Source: an uncultured delta proteobacterium
GTDB taxonomy: Bacteria > Myxococcota_A > Polyangia > Polyangiales > Polyangiaceae
Length of the DNA: 64,000 nt
Direction: 5' to 3'
Assembly: GCA_963696385.1 (NCBI GenBank)
Contig: CAVOKF010000007.1
Span: 320,001 to 384,000 of the forward strand
Every line of letters begins with the position of its first letter. Within the stretch, counting starts at the first letter, position 1. The notes under the pieces were generated by a model. The model had not been told where the DNA came from. It did not search any database and saw only the letters and a program-made list of their open reading frames with translations. The position numbers and the translations under genes were made by a program. This document shows, piece after piece, positions 19,801 through 28,184 of this stretch.

Positions 19801-19912
19801 ATCGGCCCAGGCGGGCTGCCGCGGAACCCCCCGGCGTCGGCACGGGCTCCTCGCGGGCATCGACGGCCGGGGCAAAGCCCCTATTGCCCTTGAACCGGAG
19901 AACCGCGACCAT
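16871..19912 (-). CDS. Sedolisin/kumamolisin (S53) peptidase with pro-domain, Ig-like domain and MYXO-CTERM-type tail
   Basis: Pro-domain (SPSYRKWLTPEQYADRFG), EAILDTE, ASGD, GGGGGIS, RQVPD, GGTSAATP and GYDCASGLGS. The tail is GCGC...TM...RRRR. Start codon uncertain. Confidence 0.92.
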   Translation of the reverse strand: MVAVLRFKGNRGFAPAVDAREEPVPTPGGSAAARLGRCAWVRALALVAGTAPLIGCRTPASGPSTGDGDTRAAALPMDGYVRLERGAHPLARPAFDLGPLDPNRRIANLSVVFKLSPAQQIDRDALIAAQLDRTSPSYRKWLTPEQYADRFGAKARDIARTRAWLAQQGLDVRSTSRLGARVSFAGRVADLQKAFRTEMHAYKVGSDIHYAMSTAPAIPAELSDIVLAVHNTHDFYARPAQARMTTVPDAVCPTGDKHCLAGFGLAPRDWATIYDVTPLYATGVTGSPLDGSGTAIAIVGVSQIAPNDVAAFRTTYGLPASTLTEWLVPDTGVAAWFAGGGTEAILDTEWSGAIAPGASIRYVFTGSDDANIDSATYYAIEQNLAPILSQSAGACELNQAPSDADVLGVYGSAANLLGITFVAASGDAAATGCIEQFGQTGLYVQFPASFPGVTAVGGTEFPTHAIAFDCNGFATGYPMAEQVWNETNPNMGPPNGGGGGISEVFPRPPYQSTTCAIVGSLPVPLPAGTTPSGMRQVPDIALSASADRFPYFIECTPVSGTTDCSATGGRPVVLAVGGTSAATPSFAGVLALVDQAIGGRLGNVNPELYALDTTAPSAFHDITAGNNLVGCTRGPDPGCPTTCPVQGFPQSCYGYQAAAGYDCASGLGSIDAANLVRAWAEVGPTTTALTAVPSTVAEGSGVNFTAMVGAGASTPAPGGDVTFTYQSYGPSGLIWSDSLGGPIALSSPGTATVTTGAPPAAVLKVGLVRPGAQYVGVSAAYGGDAHHLASTSPMVRVWFTGVDLCIPQGSANVAPDATIAYSSSGGIAPIAWYTSNDSTCDENGDCSLIDGATGAFTAGPEPGYVVVAAYDSFGAIAVSWVTVGTPAGAPPWGTLAPTSCPAGDGGETEDAQSLDDAGATEDATDAEDDASSVESGTDTGLVAAFDGWPSSPCESGASLAESDAQGEAALGPSLPTPASGCGCIATGRESNSGAMLGAVAFGLAWIARRRRAP

Positions 19913-20034
19913 AGAATTGAATCCATACGATACCCCAGCGAATCATGATCCAGAGCGACCTTTGCCGGACTTCTCGCCGGCCGTCCTGGCCGAGGCGGCC
20001 GCCCTCACGCGGGCTAGGGTCCGACGAAGAAGCG

Positions 20035-21738
20035 CTAGGCGTCGCTCAACGCGCGGTGCACGAGCTGGATGCAAATGGACCCCTCGCCGACGGCGGAAGC
20101 CACACGTTTGACGCTCGCGGCACGGATGTCGCCGACGGCGAAGACTCCGGGCAGACTCGTCTCCAGAAGATAGGGAGTACGCTTCATGGGCCACTTTCGA
20201 GCCGAGAGGTCCCCGGCCGATAGATCCATTCCGGTCTTGACGAATCCCTTGTCGTCCAGCACGACACATCCGGAAAGCCAGTCCGAGTTCGGTTTCGCGC
20301 CGGTCATGAGAAACAGGTGACGGACGTCGCGCCGGGTCGTCTCGCCGGAACGATCGTCGGTCCAAACGACGCTCTCGAGATGGTCGCCGCCCTCGAGGGA
20401 CTCGAGCCGCGTCCGCGTTCGGAGTGTAATGTTCGGAGTCTCCTCGATTCTGCGAATGAGATACCGTGACATGCTGTCCGCGAGGCCCTCGCCACGAATG
20501 AGCATGTGCACGTGGCGGACGACGCCGGACAAATAGACTGCGGCTTGGCCTGCCGAGTTGCCTCCGCCCACAATCGCGACTTCGTCGCCTTTGCAGCGTT
20601 GCGCCTCGACGTGAGTCGCGCCGTAGTACACGCCGGCACCCTCGAACCGGGCCAGGCCGGCGATCTCGGGCTTTCGGTAGGCCGCCCCTGTGGCTATGAC
20701 GACGGTTCGCGCACGAACCGTCACGCCGCCACCGAGGTCGATGGAGTAGGGGCGGCGCTCACAAAGAAATCCGACGGCCGCCTTTGCGACGACGACCTCG
20801 GCTCCGAATTTTTCCGCTTGGGTGAGCGCACGGCCGGCCAGGGCGCCGCCCGAAATGCCCGTGGGGAACCCGAGATAATTTTCGATCTTGGAGCTCGACC
20901 CGGCTTGGCCCCCAGGAGTCTCGGACTCGAGCACCAGGACGTCGAGACCCTCGGAGGCCGCGTACACGGCGGCGGCAAGACCCCCCGGGCCTGCGCCCAC
21001 GACCACGAGGTCGCGCAGCGCGCTCGCGTCGAGCGTCGGGTTGAAGCCCAGGCAGTCGGCCAGCTCCGAATTGGTCGGATTCTTGAGAACCCGCTCACCC
21101 CGACAGATGACGACCGGAACGTCGTCGACGGCGACGTGAAACGTATCGAGGAGATCCTGCACGCCCGCGTCGGTTTCGACGTCCACGTAGGTGAACGGGT
21201 GAGTGCTCCGGGTGAGAAACTCCTGCAGCCGCAGCGTGCCTGACGAATGGCGAGAGCCGACGAGAACGACATCGCCCTGGCCGTGGGCGACGAGACCCAT
21301 GCGACGGAGAATGAACGCCCTAAGGAAGAGTTCGCTCAGCTCCGCATCGGTCTGCACGAGACTGCGCAAGCGGCTTCGCTCAATCACGAGCAGCCGCGAC
21401 GCCGTCCGAGCCCGTCCCCGCACCAGGCTACGCCGGCCCGAGAGAAGATCGACCTCGCCGGTGAACTCGCCCGGCTCGTGCACGGTGATGGGCTCGTCTG
21501 CACCTCGCGAGGGGTGGACGATCTCGACGGAACCCGACAGGACGACGAAGAACGGAATGTCCGATTGACCTTGGTCGAAGAGCAGTTCGCCTGCGGCGGC
21601 CGAACGCTCGTGTCCACAGGATCGCAAGCGCTCGAGCTGGTCGTGAGACAGCTTTGGAAACATCTGGTCGCGGCGCGCATAGGGATCGTCGCGGGAAAGG
21701 GCGACTGCAGCCACGACCGGAAAGTCGGACGCACTCAT
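20035..21738 (-). CDS. cNMP-binding-domain / thioredoxin-reductase-like FAD oxidoreductase
   Basis: N-terminal CNB domain (LFDQG...VVLSGSVEI...GEFTGE), GAGPGG, SSKIENYLGFPTGISG, GGGNSAGQAA and GVFAVGD. The CxxC position reads YGATHVE. Confidence 0.9.
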   Translation of the reverse strand: MSASDFPVVAAVALSRDDPYARRDQMFPKLSHDQLERLRSCGHERSAAAGELLFDQGQSDIPFFVVLSGSVEIVHPSRGADEPITVHEPGEFTGEVDLLSGRRSLVRGRARTASRLLVIERSRLRSLVQTDAELSELFLRAFILRRMGLVAHGQGDVVLVGSRHSSGTLRLQEFLTRSTHPFTYVDVETDAGVQDLLDTFHVAVDDVPVVICRGERVLKNPTNSELADCLGFNPTLDASALRDLVVVGAGPGGLAAAVYAASEGLDVLVLESETPGGQAGSSSKIENYLGFPTGISGGALAGRALTQAEKFGAEVVVAKAAVGFLCERRPYSIDLGGGVTVRARTVVIATGAAYRKPEIAGLARFEGAGVYYGATHVEAQRCKGDEVAIVGGGNSAGQAAVYLSGVVRHVHMLIRGEGLADSMSRYLIRRIEETPNITLRTRTRLESLEGGDHLESVVWTDDRSGETTRRDVRHLFLMTGAKPNSDWLSGCVVLDDKGFVKTGMDLSAGDLSARKWPMKRTPYLLETSLPGVFAVGDIRAASVKRVASAVGEGSICIQLVHRALSDA

Positions 21739-22028
21739 GGTGCGGACAGGTCCCGGTCGTCGACGTAACACCAAGCCCAGGTTTCGCCGACCTCCGCCGA
21801 GGTAACGACAGGATGCGCCGTCGAGCGGTAATGCGCCGTCGCGTGGCGGTTGGGCGAAGAGTCGCAGCAGCCCACGTGACCGCACGTGAGACAGATGCGA
21901 AGGTGCACCCAGCGCCCGCCGATTTTGAGGCAGTCCTCGCAGCCTTTGGCCGGACGATGCACCCTTCGCGTCGTGGCGTCGGTGACATGGTCGCAAGGAA
22001 ACGAGAGGTCGACGTCGTGGGTGTCCAT
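21735..22028 (-). CDS. UBP-type zinc finger protein
   Basis: GCEDC...WVHLRICLTCGHVGCCDSSPNRHATAHY...WCYVD; ATGA overlap with the oxidoreductase. Confidence 0.92.
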   Translation of the reverse strand: MDTHDVDLSFPCDHVTDATTRRVHRPAKGCEDCLKIGGRWVHLRICLTCGHVGCCDSSPNRHATAHYRSTAHPVVTSAEVGETWAWCYVDDRDLSAP

Positions 22029-22152
22029 GAGGTCTTCCTGGCGCCTGAATGAAAACGCCGGCGGGCCCTTCGCGCGGAGCGTCGGGCGGGTTGCGGGAGC
22101 GCGCAGCATAGCTGCGTTTGCCATCGGGGTCCCGCGATTCGGGCGAAGCAAG

Positions 22153-23214
22153 CTACGGATCCAGCCCCGACCGCGTCGGATACTTTCTTGCGCGCCAAAC
22201 GGGAAGCCCCTCGTCGAGGACCGTCACCTTGGTGAACCCCTTCGAGAGTAGCTTTTGGGCGAGCTGGCGCGACTCAGCATGGGGGCACGCGCAATAACAG
22301 ACGAGCCACGCGTCCTTGGGCAGCGACGAGAAGTAAGGGTCGGGCTCGTAAAACGGAACGCTGACGGCGCCCGCAATGTGTTCGGCTACGTAATCGGACG
22401 GAGCGCGCGCATCGAGCAGCGCCATTCGCGCGCCGCGATCGAGTTGGGCCTTGACCACGTCCACGGGCGTCGTGGCTCCCTTGCCGGCGAAACCGATGGG
22501 CTCGGGACCTCGCGGATGGATGGGGACCGGACCGAGCGGAAGGGGGGGCGTCTTTGCCGGCGTCGATGGCGGAGAGACACCGCTTTGCGGCTGGTCCTTT
22601 CGGAGGTAGGCGACAACGTCCTCCACGCCACGATCTCCGAGCAGCGTTCCGAACGCGGGCATCGGTGTACCCGGACGACCGCGTAGAATCGCGTACCGGA
22701 TGTAGCCGTTCGGCGCGATCGACAAGAAGTCGGGGCCGCCGATGTGAACACTCGGGCCTTCTGTGCCGTGTTCGCCATGGCAGCGTGCGCACTCGCGGCC
22801 GTAGAGCGCCGCTCCGATCGCGGCGTCGCCCGCGGGGGGGCGTTCATCGAGAGCGGCACGTGCGCCGCGGTCCCAGGTCCGGAGGAACGCGATGACCGCA
22901 TCGACGTCCGCCGGCGAAAGCGGCCCTCCGCGCGTCCGTCCCCAGGCCGACATGGTCGTCCCACGTCGGCCGAACGTGATCGCCGACCGCAGGTACGCGT
23001 CGGTCGCCGACGCCAGAAAGTCGGGGCGCGTGAGGGCGGGCGCCTGGTCGGCGGCGTACCCCTTTCCATCGCGCCCATGACAGACAACGCACATGCGATC
23101 GTACACGAGCCACCCGCGCTGCGGGGTATCGCTCGAGCGCGAGCGCGAGCAATGCACCGAAGCGCACGCCAGAAGCACAACCGCGGCGACTCCGGAACGC
23201 GGGCGCACGTGCAT
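22153..23214 (-). CDS. Exported di-heme cytochrome c fused to a rhodanese domain
   Basis: Signal/lipobox-like N-terminus. CVVCH and CARCH each have a downstream Met (TTMSAW, TPMPAF). Rhodanese motifs are LLDAR..Y..HIAGAVSVP, YCACP and LDEGLPVW. Confidence 0.85.
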   Translation of the reverse strand: MHVRPRSGVAAVVLLACASVHCSRSRSSDTPQRGWLVYDRMCVVCHGRDGKGYAADQAPALTRPDFLASATDAYLRSAITFGRRGTTMSAWGRTRGGPLSPADVDAVIAFLRTWDRGARAALDERPPAGDAAIGAALYGRECARCHGEHGTEGPSVHIGGPDFLSIAPNGYIRYAILRGRPGTPMPAFGTLLGDRGVEDVVAYLRKDQPQSGVSPPSTPAKTPPLPLGPVPIHPRGPEPIGFAGKGATTPVDVVKAQLDRGARMALLDARAPSDYVAEHIAGAVSVPFYEPDPYFSSLPKDAWLVCYCACPHAESRQLAQKLLSKGFTKVTVLDEGLPVWRARKYPTRSGLDP

Positions 23215-23303
23215 CTCGGATGGCGCGGACCATAGCGCAGGTTCGTCCCGCAACTTGGCCGAAAGCGTCTTGAAACCATCGGAGCGTACGGTCTCGTTCC
23301 AGA

Positions 23304-24704
23304 ATGGCAATCAGCCTCACCGTCCCGGAACGAACCGGTCGCGTGGTGGCGGATGACGTCGAGGTAAAAATCCTCGGCGCGTGCAGCCATCCGTCGCCGC
23401 TCAACCATAGGCTTGCGCGCTCAGCCATCCATTACGTCGGCAAGGCCGACCGCGTCCCCATCGACGACCACATCTCGAAAATCGGAGAGTATGGCGACGA
23501 TTTGGCCCGTATTCCGGCTTTCGAGTTGGCGGGCCCCCGGGACAGGATTTTTTTCGATCCGGAGCGACTTCGCTGCGGGATCGTCACCTGCGGCGGCCTG
23601 TGTCCCGGGATCAACAACGTGATCCGCGGCCTCGTCCTCGAGCTCACGCACGGGTACGGGGTCGAGCAAATCTTCGGCTTTCGCTACGGATACGAAGGCC
23701 TCACCCAGGGATCGTCCGAGGAGCCCGTGCAGCTCACGCCTTCATTCGTCGCGGACATTCACCACGAGGGAGGGACCGCGCTCGGGACTTCGCGCGGAGG
23801 TCAGGATCCGGTCGAGATGGTGCGGACCCTCGAGCGGATGGGCATCGGCGTCCTTTTCGTCATCGGCGGCGATGGAACCGTGCGAGGCGCCATGACGATC
23901 GTGTCCGAGGTCGAGCAGCGGAAACTTGCGATCGGCGTCGTGGGCATCCCAAAGACCATCGACAACGACATCCATTTCATCGATCGAAGTTTCGGGTTCG
24001 AGACGGCATTCTCTTCGGCCGTCGACGTGATTCGCAGCGCACACGTCGAGGCGCAGGGCGCGCGCAACGGCATCGGCGTCGTCAAGCTGATGGGACGCCA
24101 TTCCGGCTTCATTGCGTGCCATGCCGCGATCGCGTCCACGGACGTGGACGCCGTGCTCATCCCCGAGGTGGCCGTTCGTCTCGAAGGGGATCTGGGGCTC
24201 TTCGATTTTCTCGAGCGGCGCCTACGACGCAATGCGCACGCGGTCATCGTCGTCGCCGAGGGAGCCGGACAGGACCTCTGCGACGAGGACGCAGGGCGAC
24301 GGACGGACCCGAGCGGCAACGTCCGGCTGGGCGACGTCGGCGTCGTCTTGAAGAACCGGATCGTGGAGCATTTCCGCGACAGGCGCGTCGATGCAACACT
24401 CAAATACATCGACCCGAGCTATCACATTCGCAGCGTCCCTGCGTCGCCCAACGACAGCGTCTATTGCTGGAACATGGCACGAAATGCCGTGCATGCGGCG
24501 CTCGCCGGCAACACCGAGGTTCTCATTGGACGTTGGCATGGACGGTTCGTTCACGTGCCCATGCCGCTCGCGACCCGCTTCCGCAAGCGCGTCGATGTGA
24601 CGGGCGACCTCTGGATGTCGGTCGTCGAATCGACTGGACAACCAGTGTCGTGGCAGGAGCAGGGCGAGACGGTCAGCCCCCGTTCGAGAGTGGATGCTGC
24701 GTGA
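23304..24704 (+). CDS. pfkA: ATP-dependent 6-phosphofructokinase
   Basis: IVTCGGLCPGIN, GGTALGTSRG, IGGDGT, PKTIDND, KLMGRHSGFIA and KYIDPSY. Confidence 0.93.
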   Translation: MAISLTVPERTGRVVADDVEVKILGACSHPSPLNHRLARSAIHYVGKADRVPIDDHISKIGEYGDDLARIPAFELAGPRDRIFFDPERLRCGIVTCGGLCPGINNVIRGLVLELTHGYGVEQIFGFRYGYEGLTQGSSEEPVQLTPSFVADIHHEGGTALGTSRGGQDPVEMVRTLERMGIGVLFVIGGDGTVRGAMTIVSEVEQRKLAIGVVGIPKTIDNDIHFIDRSFGFETAFSSAVDVIRSAHVEAQGARNGIGVVKLMGRHSGFIACHAAIASTDVDAVLIPEVAVRLEGDLGLFDFLERRLRRNAHAVIVVAEGAGQDLCDEDAGRRTDPSGNVRLGDVGVVLKNRIVEHFRDRRVDATLKYIDPSYHIRSVPASPNDSVYCWNMARNAVHAALAGNTEVLIGRWHGRFVHVPMPLATRFRKRVDVTGDLWMSVVESTGQPVSWQEQGETVSPRSRVDAA

Positions 24705-24798
24705 AATGGGCCGGCGAGCCGCTCGCGTGGGCGAGGGGACGCGTCGCGCCGTTCAGTCGTTTCGGCCCGTCACCCGAATCGTGCCGGACGACTGGGGC

Positions 24799-24996
24799 TC
24801 ACGGCCGGGCGGCACCGACGCTCGCCAGCGAGACGAGCCCGAGAGATGCCACTCGCGCACACAGAGGGTCGTACCGCAGAATCTGACAAGTTCCAAGCTC
24901 AAGGTATTCCCGGTCGTCTATCTCCTGGACGCCCGCGGGCAAGAGCTCGGCCTGGGCCGCTCCGCACGTGCATCGGACTCGCAACATCGCATCCAT
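24799..24996 (-). CDS. Small hypothetical protein
   Basis: ATG at 24996 gives MDAMLRVRCTCG...; it sits in an otherwise empty gap and no family was recognised. Confidence 0.25.
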   Translation of the reverse strand: MDAMLRVRCTCGAAQAELLPAGVQEIDDREYLELGTCQILRYDPLCARVASLGLVSLASVGAARP

Positions 24997-25260
24997 GGTA
25001 ACGGCCTTCGCGAGCTCGGCCGATAGCCCGTCCGTTCCGAGCACGCAATAGACTCGTGGTTCGCCGCGCAGGAGCGGCCTCACTCGCGCGAAAGCTCGAG
25101 CGACGAGAGCATCGGTCGAGGTCCGAGGTCGGACGGGACATCCGGGCTTTCCGGCACGACCCAGGAAACGGCACACGGCACACAGCTCAACGGGGTTGGG
25201 CTAAGCCTCGTCACGGCGGTGCACGAGCGAATTCGCAAGAGCGAATTCGGGGTTTGGGCC

Positions 25261-25857
25261 CTAAAGCCAGCCGGCGATGAGCGCCACGCCCACCCCGACG
25301 AAGAGAGCGGCCGCCAGCCGTTGCAGGATGTCTGGATGAAGCCACTGGGCCGCGCGATGGCCAACGCCGACGGCCAGGGCCGTCACCGCCCACATCGCCA
25401 GGGTCGCGGCTGCGAAGACGACGACTGGGGCGCGCTCCCGAGCGGCAAAGCCGGCGGTCGCGAGCTGGGTGAGATCCCCCCATTCGGCGACGAAGACAAT
25501 CCCGAAGGCACCCACGAGTGCCCGCCCGAAGGAGGGCCCGCTGCTCGGCGGCGAGCGGTTCACCTCGTCTGAAACGGGCGGCTTCTCTGGTTCGTGGCGA
25601 AGCCCCATGAGCAGCCCGGAGACGATGAAGAGGATCCCGGCCCCGACGTGCACAGGCCTCGGCGGCAGAAGGGAGAAAAGACTCCCGGCAGCGACGGCAA
25701 TGAAACTCTGCAGCACGAGGGCAAGCGCCGCCCCCAAAAACACCGGGAGCGGTTTGTGCCGGGTCGCAAGAACGACCGAAGCAATCGCAGTTTTGTCCGG
25801 CAGCTCGGCCATGAAGATGACGCCGAAGACGACCATGCCGACATGAAGTGCGTGCAT
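25261..25857 (-). CDS. TMEM165/GDT1 (UPF0016) Mn2+/Ca2+ transporter
   Basis: Two signature repeats (AELPDKT and AEWGDLT) in a hydrophobic multi-TM protein. Confidence 0.9.
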   Translation of the reverse strand: MHALHVGMVVFGVIFMAELPDKTAIASVVLATRHKPLPVFLGAALALVLQSFIAVAAGSLFSLLPPRPVHVGAGILFIVSGLLMGLRHEPEKPPVSDEVNRSPPSSGPSFGRALVGAFGIVFVAEWGDLTQLATAGFAARERAPVVVFAAATLAMWAVTALAVGVGHRAAQWLHPDILQRLAAALFVGVGVALIAGWL

Positions 25858-25867
25858 CGCTTTCGAC

Positions 25868-27490
25868 TCACCGACCCTCTCGGTATGCCTTGACCGCGTT
25901 CACGATCGCGTCCGCCAGAAGTTGCCGGTATTCCGGCGTATTCAACCGTTGTTCTTCGATGCCATTCGAAATGTAGCCCGATTCGAAGAGTGCACTCGGC
26001 ATGCGTGCACCGATCAATACGTAGAATCCGGCGGGGTGGACGCCGCCGTCGACGACGTCGGCATAGGTCATTCGGAGCGCCGCCAGGGCGGACCGCTCCA
26101 AAAGCCGAGCGAAACGTACCGATCGCTGCGCCTGATCCGCCAGACGCATGCTGCTCAGCATCGACGCGAGCTCCGCACTGGCGGCCCGAGTCGTGGCGTT
26201 CTCGCGCGCAGCGATCTTCGCCGCCACTTCGTCGCGCGTCGTATCGAGCACGAATGTTTCGACACCGTGCGGCGACCTTCCTTCGCTTGCGTTGCAGTGA
26301 ATCGAGACGAAGAGATCGGCGGAAAACGCGTTGGCTCGAGCGGTCCGCTCCTCGAGCGATACGAAGCGGTCGTCGTCCCTCGTCAGGAGCACCGAAAGGC
26401 CCTGCGACTGAAGGATCTGCGCCGCCCTCTTCCCGATGTCGAGCGTGACGTCCTTTTCGACGGTCCCCGCTTGCCCGACCGCGCCCGAGTCTCTGCCGCC
26501 GTGTCCCGCGTCGAGTACGACGCGCGATACCTCGCGCAGACCGCGATCCGCGAACGGAGCGTGGCGTGCGACGTCGACTACGATTCGATAGGGCTCGACC
26601 ATGTAGAAGGTCCGACGCCACGCTTGCCCGTCGAGATCGAGGACGACGCGAGAACCGGTGCTGGTCGCCTCGGCGCGAATGCGCGTGACGATGCCCGCTT
26701 CGGCCGTCTCGGGCGCGGCGCTGCCGAGGTCCACGCCGTCCAAATCGACGAATGTCCGCGGAGCGGTCGTGCCGTCGACCACTTCATCGCCGCTTCGGTA
26801 AGGCGCCGGGCGATCCAGCGCGATCACGACTCGCGTCGAATCTCGACCGGGCCAAGCGTCGACGCGGACGATCCGCGGGGCAGTGGCCGACTGAGCCGTC
26901 GGCGTCGCGGCGGATGCCGGGTCGGTTTGCGGGGGCTCGCCCCCATGCACCGGCGGTCGAAAAGCGACCAAGGCAGCAAGAGCGCGATCCACGCCGGCGA
27001 GACAGCCGGCGGCGGCGAGAGCGCTCGGAGCTGGGAGTCCGGCAAAGCGGCGGCGCGCTTCGGCCAAGTCCACGTAGGCGGCCGATGCGTCGTGGGCGAG
27101 CTCGCCCGCCAAGCGACCAGCGCGAACGGCAGCGTCGCATGCACCGACCGTTCGGGGATCGCGCGAAGCCGAACGGTACAGGGCGATCGCCCAAGAGCCG
27201 TCCTGGGGATCTCCGGCGATGCGCCAGATGCGTTCGGCGAGACCGCCTGCCAGGGCGTACAGGTCGGCGGCTCGCGCTCCGGCCCCCTCACGAACGGCCC
27301 GATCTTCGATCGATCGAGCGAGCGCAAGCGCCTCGGGCCGCGCCGGCAGATCGTGTCGAGAGCCGGTGAGGCTGCGGGCCCGAGCCACGTCGCCCGCCTG
27401 GGACAAGGGGGGGCGATCGGCGTGGATCTCGCCGCGGCCCCCGCAGGCCATTGCGGCTGCCAGAAGTCCCGCGCGGAGCACTCCCGTCAC
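25868..27490 (-). CDS. N-acetylmuramoyl-L-alanine amidase (AMIN-like + Amidase_3), probable lipoprotein
   Basis: VVLDAGHGGRDSGA, EKDVTL, LTRDDD, FVSIHCNA and FESGY. Start set at GTG 27490 before LLAAAMAC. Confidence 0.9.
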   Translation of the reverse strand: MTGVLRAGLLAAAMACGGRGEIHADRPPLSQAGDVARARSLTGSRHDLPARPEALALARSIEDRAVREGAGARAADLYALAGGLAERIWRIAGDPQDGSWAIALYRSASRDPRTVGACDAAVRAGRLAGELAHDASAAYVDLAEARRRFAGLPAPSALAAAGCLAGVDRALAALVAFRPPVHGGEPPQTDPASAATPTAQSATAPRIVRVDAWPGRDSTRVVIALDRPAPYRSGDEVVDGTTAPRTFVDLDGVDLGSAAPETAEAGIVTRIRAEATSTGSRVVLDLDGQAWRRTFYMVEPYRIVVDVARHAPFADRGLREVSRVVLDAGHGGRDSGAVGQAGTVEKDVTLDIGKRAAQILQSQGLSVLLTRDDDRFVSLEERTARANAFSADLFVSIHCNASEGRSPHGVETFVLDTTRDEVAAKIAARENATTRAASAELASMLSSMRLADQAQRSVRFARLLERSALAALRMTYADVVDGGVHPAGFYVLIGARMPSALFESGYISNGIEEQRLNTPEYRQLLADAIVNAVKAYREGR

Positions 27491-27544
27491 GGGGCTTGGG
27501 TTGCTTCGCGGGCGCGGGTTATCGTGCCACTGGAGGAGCGCCAC

Positions 27545-28015
27545 GTGTCCGAACCTCGACTCACGATACAACCGATCTACGCGGACAGGGCCACGGGGGA
27601 GACGTATCCGGACGCGCGGTCGATGATCGACGCGTATCTCCAGCGCTTCGCCCGGCGTGCCGGCAGCCAACTCGATCCTTTGGATTCAACGGGATACACG
27701 CTCGTGCGGAAGGGCTCCGCCTCAGTCGGTGTGAACATGCTGGAAGATCATGGCGTGCTGCTGCTGGTGGCGCCCCTGATGGACGTGCCATCGAACGGGC
27801 GAGAAGCGCTGTATCGCCGGCTGCTGGAATTGTCGTTTCTTGCGACTTCCGACAGCGCCTTCGCGATCGACGCGCAACGAGAGGAAATCGTGGTTCGGTC
27901 ACTCCGGCGGCTGTCCGGACTGGACTACGAGGAGTTCGAGGACCTGCTCGAGACCGTGGGTAAGGTCGCCGACGATTGGGACGACGCCCTGGTCGCCGAG
28001 TTTCCCAAGGGCTGA
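27545..28015 (+). CDS. CesT/YbjN-like (type III chaperone fold) protein
   Basis: 3' end of ORF 25922..28015. Small and acidic, with pattern LYRRLLEL...AFAID...LDYEEF...ADDWDD. Alternative ATG at 27623. Confidence 0.7.
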   Translation: MSEPRLTIQPIYADRATGETYPDARSMIDAYLQRFARRAGSQLDPLDSTGYTLVRKGSASVGVNMLEDHGVLLLVAPLMDVPSNGREALYRRLLELSFLATSDSAFAIDAQREEIVVRSLRRLSGLDYEEFEDLLETVGKVADDWDDALVAEFPKG

Positions 28016-28026
28016 CCCCAGCAGCT

Positions 28027-28073
28027 GAGAAGGAGGGAGGAAGGAGGGAGGGAGGGAGGAAGGAGGGAGAAGG
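28027..28073. repeat. 47-nt pure polypurine tract containing a 37-nt mirror repeat
   Basis: Only G/A from 28027 to 28073; 28033-28069 reads the same in both directions. Confidence 0.9.
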
Positions 28074-28184
28074 TACGAGAGTTGCGGTCGGGATGCCGCG
28101 CCGTGCCATCCGTGGGTCAAACCCGTACAACCAAGTGCAGGCCATCCAATTGTTCGGAGCGGGTGCCGATGTTACTATTGTACC

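Noticed and set aside
16865..19948. 1027-aa + strand ORF opposite the sedolisin
   Set aside because: Arg-rich antisense shadow; the minus strand has the complete S53 motif set.
25858..25867. yybP-ykoY Mn riboswitch upstream of the GDT1 gene
   Set aside because: Only 10 bp separate it from the amidase gene.
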